DNA of 64,000 nt, from positions 71,424,001 to 71,488,000 of the forward strand of contig OX597824.1 in assembly GCA_951406725.2 (NCBI GenBank), in the 5' to 3' direction. The position numbers were made by a program, and so were the translations under genes. Below the pieces are notes generated by a model. It saw only the letters and a list, made by a program, of their open reading frames with translations. It ran no database searches and was not told where the DNA came from. Below are positions 54,702-64,000 of this stretch, piece after piece (the first letter of the stretch is position 1; each line of letters begins with the position of its first letter). This DNA is from Octopus vulgaris (lineage: Eukaryota).

Positions 54702-54756
54702 ATGAGTTCTGATTGCCACGCACTTGTGGTGAAAGAAGGTTATCTATGGAAACGCG
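54702..54756 (+). CDS. AKT: AKT/PKB serine/threonine kinase, first coding exon (N-terminus of PH domain: MSSDCHALVVKEGYLWKR-G)
   Basis: Hand translation matches the AKT N-terminus (human AKT1 MSDVAIVKEGWLHKRG). Acceptor ttattttatttcag ends at 54673, there is an in-frame TAG at 54693-54695 upstream of the ATG, and the donor is G|GTAAGC at 54757 in phase 1, the same position as in vertebrate AKT. It joins in frame to 63041. Confidence 0.93.
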
Positions 54757-55186
54757 GTAAGCATGACTTTTATTAACTCTACTTTTATTTACCTTGTTTT
54801 ACTGAGGCCATGCCGGGTGGGGTACTGCCTTCAAAGATATAATTGATTATATCTACTCCTCTACTTTTATCAACCTCAGAATGGAACAATGAAAGTTAGC
54901 ATTAACCTAAAAAGGATTTGAATTCAGAACATGAAGGGATGTAAGCAAATAACAAGTTTTGTCTTACACTCTACCAGTTATGTTTTTGATTTGTTGTTAT
55001 ATACCGCCTGTTGGTTATAGGGGCACGGTTGGTGGGAGTTAAGCATTACAGGACACCTCCCATGGCTGTTAATAGTAGTGGTTATGTAGAGATGAAATGG
55101 ACCAGCTTGCATATTTTGTGTTACTTTGAGAACAAATCCACTGAGTGCATTTTTATGCATGTATGCACAGTGTACTTAATTCTGCA

Positions 55187-55690
55187 CACAAACTTGTTAC
55201 CAGTTCAAATATACTTGAGGCATATTTGAAGCCATAAGAAAGCTTTTCACTGTATCTTGTCATGGAGAAAATTTGTTGCTGTAGTCAAGTAGGTGTAAAC
55301 ACACCAATTCAGTTTGAAGCACCAGCTAACCAGGTTTATTGGATGCATGAATTTTGGAGTGCTTATCTCCTCTTCAGCATCAGACACCAGAAAGAGAAAG
55401 ACCATGAACTTAAAAGAGATGGATTATCCCTTATTATATTCCTACCATTGTATTGTAATTAGTTGCACTAATCAGTAGCTCGCTGTAAATATAACATAGA
55501 ATTTGAGTGCTAGCTAACCAGTGATGAGTATAAATACAAACTTGTTGCCAGTTCAAATATTCTTGGGGCATATTCAGACCCATAAAAAAGCCATTCACTG
55601 AATTTTGTCATGGAGAAAATTTCTCGGTGTATGCAAATAGGTGTAAACACACTCAAAATGCTCTCTAACCAGACTGACGAATGCATGTAT
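55187..55690 (+). repeat. Diverged direct duplication (~150 bp units, ~350 bp apart) in the AKT intron
   Basis: acaaacttgtt(a/g)ccagttcaaatat...tgtcatggagaaaattt...taggtgtaaacacac at ~55187 and ~55537. Confidence 0.85.
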
Positions 55691-58600
55691 TGCAGAATAA
55701 AACCTTATTGAGAATTGGTGCCAGATCATTTACAGAATTACACATGCAGGATTAGTGTTCTATCCAAACAGGACTATTTCTTGACTGTTTGACTCCATGA
55801 AGCCAAAACTGGACCCTGGTCCTTAAGAAAACTACCTTCTTCTGATTGATGATATATATAGTTGTGGTTGTGGCAACTCATGGAACTGTGGAGTATGGAC
55901 ATTGTCAATAATTTTCTTACCTATGTAGCTTCTAAGACAAGAAAAACAAAACTAGACAACTGAGATTGTAGTGCAAATAATCTATAATTTGAAACTGACT
56001 TGTTGTTTGGTAAGTGATAGTAGTAGTTTCATTGGTCTTTTGAAATAGAAGAATTACATATAAGTTTTAGTGTTGGACTTGAGAATATTTTATTGGTGTG
56101 GTGGATAAGTAAAATTTTCCACAATTCAGAAGTATCCATTCATAGGACTGTTGCTTAATGCTTAACTCTCATTTTGTAAACTATAATCTGATGTGTGAGA
56201 TATGCCTGTCATATCAAAAGAAACACTTCCCAAAAGACATTACCCTTGTTCTCACAGTTTTTCTCTAAGACACACATTCACTTCTTACCATTATTTAAAA
56301 CCTGCCTCCTCTTTTTATGTCACCAATTATCTCTCCCCAACCTCTGAGCTACATCTTAGAACTGACATACCTCATCTTTAACACCCTCTCATATCTGCTA
56401 TCATTTTTATCTCTGTCATATCTGCTATTGTTGCTCCTCGTCTTTATCTGCCACTCACTATAACCTTCTCTACATACCTCTGATACTCATCTCTATCACT
56501 GTATGTAATCTCTCTTTCTCTCACCTCATCTGCCTCTAATTTCTAACCTATCTATAGGTTTATTGTATTGCTATTCTCAACCACCTCCTCCTTCCTCAAC
56601 AACTGCTATTCTTTCACTTTCAGCCTTGTTCATCATTCATTACATTCACTTCTACACCTATATCTAACCATCTGTCACACTCTTATGAACTTATCCACCC
56701 ACGCTTCCTAATCCTCTGTATACTTACCTTTCTATACCTTGACACTTCATTGCCACCATCTGTGTAGTCTTTCCAACTACTCCCACTAACCCTTACATAA
56801 TGCGGGATAGCCATGTCCCACTTTAGTCTTGCAACACCTGGCATAAAGCCACGTCTCTCTTTACTACAGCTCTACTCAGTTGAAGAGTCATTTTCTTTGT
56901 CATCTGAGCTGCTTAGTGACCTCACTAGTGCTGTTGTCATGTAAATAGTACCCAGTACACTGTAAAGTGGTTGGCATTAGGAAGGGCATCCATCATGTCG
57001 AAGCAGACGTTGGAGCTTGATAGTCTTCCAGCTAACTGGATGCTGCCAAACTATCCAATACTTATCAGCATAGAAGATAGCTGTTAACTGATGATGATGA
57101 TGATGATGACGATGAGGAGGAGGATGGTGATGTCTGTACAGTTCAAGTTATACGCTATATTCAAACTTCTAAAAGGCAGTGTCTGTACATATATAGATTC
57201 TCCTCTCCACCATTCACCTCTCTCACCTGGATATCAGCAGCGACAACTTTCAGCTATCCTGCATCATAGTCTCTCTCTTTTCTACCTTTCTAAATACATC
57301 TGTTGCCTGTACCATTCTCTGAACTTCTCCAGCTGTCAATAATTCTCTGACCCCCTATTACTTTCTACACTCTTCTCTGTAGTCATCATCTATAACTCTT
57401 GGCTCACATAATCATATCATATTGATGCAGAAACAAAATGATATACAATCAGAAATCTTTACATCAATTAGTTTCACCCCATATATGTATCCCTGACTAA
57501 CTCACAAACAATTTATTTCTCTCGTCTGAGCCTAACATCACTCCCTACCAAACTACTGTTCTATCACTGATACTCACCACATAGCCACATACTATGCAAT
57601 CCCCACTTCAACCTCCCAGATCCCATGTTATTGGAATCTGTGTTTGTTAATGACTGGTTGGAATTTACCAGTTCTATGCTAAGTGTCTGTGCTACTAGGT
57701 GACTGATTGAAAATATCCCCTTTGACATCCTACACTTCCGCACCATGTAGTCCAAACTCGGTGTCCCAAATCTCTGAATTTGTTTACTCATAGCAACACT
57801 GCAGCAGTTCAGGCAAAGAACACTGCCTGCAATACTTAGGGACAATAACCCACTTCTACAAACTAGACAGCTTTAGTCAGCATTGCAACTCTTGCAAGAC
57901 TATCATTCAAAGTTTGAAAGATACCTCCATATATTGCACGGCCTGCAAGCTCTCCTGTCTTCCAAACTGCAGCTGAGCTTTTTGAGCCCCTGCCAAAAGG
58001 ATCTCTACCAAACTTTGTATAATTCTCATTCCCTCCACTTCTCAACCATAATGATTCTGTAAGCAGTACACATGCAAGGAATGTTTCCACATTTTCTGCC
58101 TGTTTTGCATATGTGTGGCAGAGCTGTGTGTGTGGTTGAAGTTTGTTTCCCTAACCACATAGCATGTGCTTCAATGCCACTGCGTGGCAGATTGGGTAAG
58201 TGTTACCATAGGCTTTGGCTGACTAAAGCCTTGTGAGTAGATTTGGTAGGCAGAAACTGAAAGAAGCCCTTTATATATATATCATCATCATACATCTGAT
58301 TTCCATGCTGGCATGGATTGAATGATTTGATGGGTGCTGGAAAGGTCAAGAGTTGCACCAAACTCCATTGTCCGTTTTGGCATGGTTTCTCCAGTTGGAT
58401 GCTCTTCCTAATGCCAACTACTTTACAGAGTGTAATGGGTGTTTTTTACGTAGCACCATCACTAGTGCTTTTAATGTGACACAATGCTTTTTATGAGGCA
58501 TCAGCACTAGTACTTTTTACCTGACACCAGCATCAAGAGGGTCATCAAATAACTTGCAAGACAAAAACTCCTTCAGAATATCAATTCTACTGTAGTTGAC

Positions 58601-58989
58601 AGGTCTTCTTGAGTTCAGCAAGGCTCTGGATATCTCAGTTCTTAGTTATCTCCTTCATAAGACTCAGTGCCTTGAAATCTGTGTGTGCGTATGTGTATCT
58701 TTCTGTCTCCTTGTCTTGACATTGCACGATAGTTGTAAACAAGCAACAGCAACATATATGCAGCATTCTTTTCCAGGCTTCTGTGAAAACATGTCTGGCC
58801 AGAGGGAAATATTACCTTACTTGGAAACATGTGAGGTTTGGCAACAGGAATGGCATCCAGCCATGGAAGAAAGGTGGACCTCAAAACAATGATGATGATG
58901 ATACTCAGTAAACCTTCTCTAAACCTAACCCATTTTACAGTCAGGTTATACCACCACATACACATGCATGCCAAGTATGAATGCCCCTC

Positions 58990-59370
58990 AGTCATTTTAA
59001 ATCAACGAGGCTACCAACCCTGGTAATGTCCTTCTCATTGCCCTCAGTGTACCCTAGAACTAACCATTATCTTTGCAAAACTCTTCAGTGTCTCACTACA
59101 GCTGCCTGCCTCAATCACTGGAAACACTATATTGTCCTATTCCCAACAAGGGCAACACCTCTGACCCTACCAGTTATTGACTAATGCTCTCACTTCCAAT
59201 ATCTCAAAGATTATTGAGAGTTCTTAACAACCACATTCTCCAACAGTTTGAATCCCACTCCATATTTGATAAACACCAGTACAGCTTTCACAGAATAAAA
59301 AAAAACCGCTGGAGATACCCTTTTGTGCCACTCACAAGTGGATTTGCTCAAAATTTGCAAAACTTCCCAC
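58990..59370 (+). pseudogene. CR1/L2/Jockey-type LINE reverse transcriptase fragment
   Basis: Frameshifted WK...PIPNKGNTSDPTSY...ALTSNISKIIE...VLNNHIL...DKHQYSF, matching the N-terminal RT subdomains. Confidence 0.7.
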
Positions 59371-59909
59371 TTGTGAGCTCTAACCATTTCACTGTATAGA
59401 GGCTCACTCGGGGATTCATCTCTGTAATGTAATAAAAAGAAAATGTAAAGTGTTTCAGGATGATGTTGAAGTTTAATTCTAGATCAACCATGATTAAATT
59501 AATCAAAGGCATGCTTGCCTTGATCATTGCCTTTTTGTTTTAGAGGCCCTGAGGATTATATTTTGTAATGTGTCCTTCCCTTTTTAAGATAGTAGGTTGT
59601 GATTTAAGGGAGATTGGGCTGCAGTTTCTAGCATTTCAAGCAGTTATGTAGAAGCTTCCTCACTGGCTCATGTTGTGTTGGGGTTGCTGTGAGGAAAATT
59701 TCTAACACTTTGATTCCAGTATTTAATCCTTTGAATAATTTCACTTTTGCTCATGTGTCTATTTTATACTGGTATGAAAGCTTGCTTCCCAATTATGTGT
59801 TCTTGGGTTCAGACTCAATGCATGGCACCTTAGGCTCAGTATCTTCTGTTATAGCCCTAGGTTGACCAAACTCTTTGAGTGGATTTGGTAGACAAACTGA
59901 AAGGAGCCT

Positions 59910-59952
<43 letters not shown>

Positions 59953-60216
59953 ACCCCTGTTTTGATATCATGTGATGGTTGTAAATGAGCATCACTGTCA
60001 TACAAGTGATGTTCATTTTCAGTTTCTGTGGAAAACATGTCCAGTCGTAAGGAAATATTAGCTTACTTGGAAACAATTGAAGGTTGGCAATTGGAAGGGC
60101 ATTCCTCTATAGAAAATCTGCTTCAACAAATTATGTCTGACCTAACATGGAAAAGTGGATATTAAATGATTTGTATGGTTTCTAAAAATAGATGGACAAT
60201 TAGGATTTTTTTCAGC

Positions 60217-62977
60217 CAGCAGTTCTCAAACTTTAAAAAAAATTTTACATGCCATTCTCCTTACATATTTTTTGATGATTCAGTCCCCAATAAAATGCAG
60301 TTTAATTAACATGGAAAAAAGACATTTGTGTACCATAATTTCCAAACTATGAACCATAGACCCAAAAACTACAACCTAATCCATGCAATACCCCTTTGGG
60401 ATACAATAAATGCACATGAAAATATGGGGAATTAGTTGATCAATTGGTTACAAAACAAATGAGAAATAAAATCAGTCCGAAAATATCCCCAGCATCCTGT
60501 ATTAACAACTACATAAGACCCATTTTTGCCCATTTAGCTGACAGAAACCACGGGCCATACACCAGAAACTACGTATATATACATACATGACTATGGTTCT
60601 CGAACTTTTGGCATCACCTTCCCCTTTCACCATGTTTAGGATGCTGTTCTTCCCTATTGTTTGGTCATTCCTCTTATTGATTATTCAAGAGGTGCATTTC
60701 AACCAGTTTACCTATTTTCAGCAGAAGAATTTTAATAGCATCCAAAAATGTACAGAAGGTTATGTCAATTGGACCACTAGTATGCACAGAAAACCACAAT
60801 TTTAGTAGAAACACCATCTTCTCTTCCTACCCTGAAAGTTTGCCATCCCTTTTCCTGAATCCCTGGTACATAACATGACAACAACAAAAATTATATAAGA
60901 AATTATTTATTCATAAAAGCAAACCATCTGTCATTTTATTTACAGCAAAGTAACCAGCTCTTCTATGTTCAGCTTTGTATTGGAGAGGGCAACCCTCATT
61001 TCTGGTGTGACATCCAGTTGATTTCATGACTTCGTTTTGATGGCAAGGAAAGTGGAAAACACAATCTCACACTCATAGGTGGTTGAAAATGGCATCAGTA
61101 CTTTAGGATATGACTGTACCATTTCTATCTAAAAGTCAGAACAGCACATTTCACAGGAAAAGCATTTTGCATCTCCATCATTGACCAAACCAGTGACCTA
61201 TTCTTGAATTAAATTGTCTTCTGTTGGCAGATCGCTAACAGAGAGTACAAAGGGGTTCCTGATGAAGTGGAAGAATTTGTCAAAGTCATGATGATCGAGG
61301 AAAATACAGAAAATATTTCTCTGCCAATTATTGACATGTATTGTTTCATGAGTTCAACGATATTATCATCGACTTGAAGCTCATTTTCGTCAATAATCAT
61401 GATAAGTTGAAGAAATGATGCAAAGTTCTTTCTATCCAACTTTGGGTGCCAAAGTTCAGGCTTCATTTTGAAAGTAATTAGTTTTTCATACTTTTTCACA
61501 AGAATGAAACATGGTTATATCTTTCCCTTGCAGTGAAAGATTGACTGCATTCACTGACTTGAATATATCCAGCAAAAATGCCAAGCAGATTAGGAAATAA
61601 ACATCAGAGGATTTGGCATACAAATCTGGTTTGGCATCTTGTAAAAAAAATCATGGACTCCTTTTTGTAGAAGGAAGACCCTCTATTGTTTTTCCTCTTG
61701 AAAGCCATCTCACTTGTGATTAAACTAATCAAAGGCATGCTTGCCTTGATCATTGCCTTTTTGTTTTAGATGAGTGCATTCACTTTGATGAAGTTCACTG
61801 CTGTAATTACGTAATTCAGAACATTTTTTTAACTCATCAGGCATGGTTTTCACCATTAGTGCTTGTTGATAAATTGTGCAGTGTTTACTAATAGTAGTTG
61901 GGGATTTTTCTTTCACCGAAGTGTGTAAACTGGAACAGCAGCCAAGCATCTCTGCAGCGCCGTCAGTACACACGCCAATGACATGCTCCCAGTTGATATC
62001 ATGTGCCTCGAAAAATTTGTCCACTTTGTTAAATATTTCCCTTGCAGTTGTTTTGGTGCTGAGGGTTTCAAAAACAGGAATTTGTTACTGAGTGTATGTA
62101 TATTATGGTGATATCAGTTTGGCTCATATTGCTATCACAGTGAATTCCCCAGCTGAATTGAAGAACAGGGTATTTCTAGACTTAAGTAACAATTATATTT
62201 CATATAAATGGTTGTGTGAAAGGGCAATTCTTGCTCCAAAAAGTGAGACAGAAGCAAGGATTAACCATGAATTAATGAATAAGTTTCCAACAGTACAAAT
62301 CAGTTGATTCAGTCCTTGATGAAAATCAAGCTGTCCATTACCCAACAGAGTTCCTTAATTCTCTTGAGCCACATGGAACTCCTCCACATAAACTTGTTTT
62401 GAGTCCCAATAATGCTTCTGTTAACAATAAAGCTTGCCTCTCACTATTTTGGAAGAAATCCAAAGTGCATGTGGGTGTTGTTTTGTCTGTAGATAAACCT
62501 CTATGAATTGATAACTGCTGAGAAGACAGTTCTGTCAGAGCACGTTGTCAATGCAAAATAACTATGCCTTATAAAGCCCAGCCACCATGCAGGATGAGAG
62601 TGGGTGTCTAGCAAAGGGCAAGGTCATGCGGGAACATGCAACAGTGAGGATAACAACAAGAGACAGGCAAATGTGTGGATCGCAATAGTGGAGTGGTTAA
62701 TCATGTGAGTGTAAAATATTGACAGCATATGCACTATCAACCGTTATACCTGCATATTTTCCATTGGCTTTTTAAATGAGTGTGTAGGAGTGGCATGGTT
62801 TTTGAGATCAATGACAAAAAAGGATGATAGCATGCAAAAAATTGAAAGTCTTGAAATTTTAAAACTTAACTGTCCCAAGCCACCTGTTTTCATAATACTT
62901 CAGTGTCTCCTTGCGGTCCCCCTAAAATCTCTTTGCAGTCCCCTAGGGGACCATGGACCCCAGTTTGAGAACCACTG
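60217..62977 (-). mobile_element. hAT (Charlie/Buster, ZBED5/SCAND3-like) DNA transposon relic, 2761 bp
   Basis: TIRs CAGCAGTTCTCAAACT / AGTTTGAGAACCACTG and TSD TTTTCAGC / TTTTAAGC (7 of 8 match). Transposase motifs VCTDGAAEMLG, HCTIYQQAL, VRWLSRGK, LAFLLDIF, PFSTTY-CE-FS. Confidence 0.93.
62092..62422 (+). mobile_element. Helitron PIF1-like helicase fragment nested in the hAT element
   Basis: WLCERAILAPK and, after a frameshift, [28 protein letters not shown], typical Helitron RepHel helicase motifs. Confidence 0.88.
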
Positions 62978-63040
62978 TTTTAAGCCTTTAATAATATTGA
63001 ATTCTTAAAATGAAAATTCTGTTGTTTTATTTCATTGCAG

Positions 63041-63163
63041 GAGAACATATTAAAAATTGGAGGAAACGATATTTCCTTCTACGGAAAAATGGTGCCTTCT
63101 TCGGTTTTCGGGCAAAACCTGAGAATGACGCCACAGAACCTCTTAATAATTTCACAGTTAAGG
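63041..63163 (+). CDS. AKT: AKT/PKB second coding exon (PH domain: GEHIKNWRKRYFLLRKNGAFFGFRAKPENDATEPLNNFTVK)
   Basis: The EHIKNWR-RYF and EPLNNFTV motifs are diagnostic of the AKT PH domain. Acceptor ttttatttcattgcag ends at 63040 and the donor G|GTAAGC starts at 63164. The exon is 123 nt with phase 1 at both ends. The rest of the gene lies beyond the window. Confidence 0.96.
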
Positions 63164-63941
63164 GTAAGCTTCTCTTTCACTTTTTCTTTGGTTTTTTTTT
63201 TGGTCTTTTAATGTTGTAGGATTTTTCAATTATTTTTTAGGTGGGATGGGTTTTTTTTTAAAAAATGTAGGATTTTTCTTTTGTGAGATTCTTAATGTAA
63301 AATCATGTTGAAACACATTGTATGTGAAGAGTCATTTTCCCAATAAATATACATGCATGCTAATTCTACTGTACCTATTATTATTATTATTATTATGATG
63401 ATGATCAATCAACTACTCACCTGTTTGACCGACCACTTGGTTAATCAATGAATTGCTTCGTCAGAGGCCTTTTGTTGTTATTCTCTTTACAAATTCTCTT
63501 TACTCCAGGTTTCACCTGTTGTTTTCAAAATTTTCTTCATTTAAGTTACCATTTGTCTTTTGCTTAGTTTACTCACAGAAATTGTTTAGCCTCAGTGCAG
63601 CAGCCTTGGGTAAACTGGCTTATGAGCAATACTATTCCAGCCTTGACCATCATATCTATTTCCCAATGTACACTGAATGCAGTGTGGAGACACATGGGGC
63701 ACAGTGGTTTGTGTGCTGGGCTGACAATTGTTAAAGTCATGGGTTCAGTTCTCAGATGAGGCAGCATCGTGTTCTTGAGCAAGTCACTCATTTTCACATT
63801 ATTCCTGTCCACTCAGTTGAAAATGGGTAGCAGTGTGAGTCATTTAAAAGCTATAAAAACTGGAGTTAGCTCTGGCCTAACATGCCTATTGATACTCAAT
63901 ACAAGCCTGTATTATTCAATGTGTCCTTTTCTAAGGTTGTA

Positions 63942-63979
<38 letters not shown>

Positions 63980-64000
63980 CTTTTATATTTTACTTGTTTC

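Noticed and set aside
57564-58090. Two complex-looking - strand ORFs in the AKT intron
   Set aside because: No recognisable domain or splice structure, most likely decayed retroelement sequence.
61209-62024. Domesticated ZBED/SCAND3-like gene
   Set aside because: Multiple stops, frameshifts, an internal replacement and retained TIR/TSD show a dead transposon.
63010-63219. ORF-track start MKILLFYFIA and tail KLLFHFFF as part of AKT
   Set aside because: These are intronic read-through. Splice sites limit the exon to 63041-63163.

Overview
AT-rich, microsatellite- and SINE-dense animal DNA. The repeat content looks like octopod cephalopod (Octopus-like), inferred from repeat families and not from a database search. 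The only confidently identifiable protein-coding sequence is the 5' end of an AKT/PKB kinase gene on the + strand. Two PH-domain exons (54702-54756 and 63041-63163) have phase-1 introns at the same positions as in vertebrate AKT, and the gene continues beyond the window. A CpG-retaining segment at ~15.2-22 kb looks like a bidirectional promoter: a possible AKT first non-coding exon with CRE/YY1-like/Inr motifs, plus a candidate divergent spliced transcript on the - strand carrying a short ORF. A second CpG-retaining domain lies at ~36.5-48.7 kb. The rest is decayed mobile DNA: RTE and CR1-like LINE fragments, several tRNA-derived SINE families, a Tigger/pogo relic, hAT and TTAA-type MITEs, and fold-back palindromes. 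A 2.76-kb hAT (Charlie/Buster-type) element holds a Helitron helicase fragment and a 54-bp locally templated insertion. The most notable hidden structure is a set of six hammerhead ribozyme motifs in at least four unrelated sequence contexts. Five are minimal Penelope/retrozyme-type motifs, two of them with intact cores, and one is a degenerate full type I fold. Almost all listed ORFs are microsatellite or repeat artefacts.
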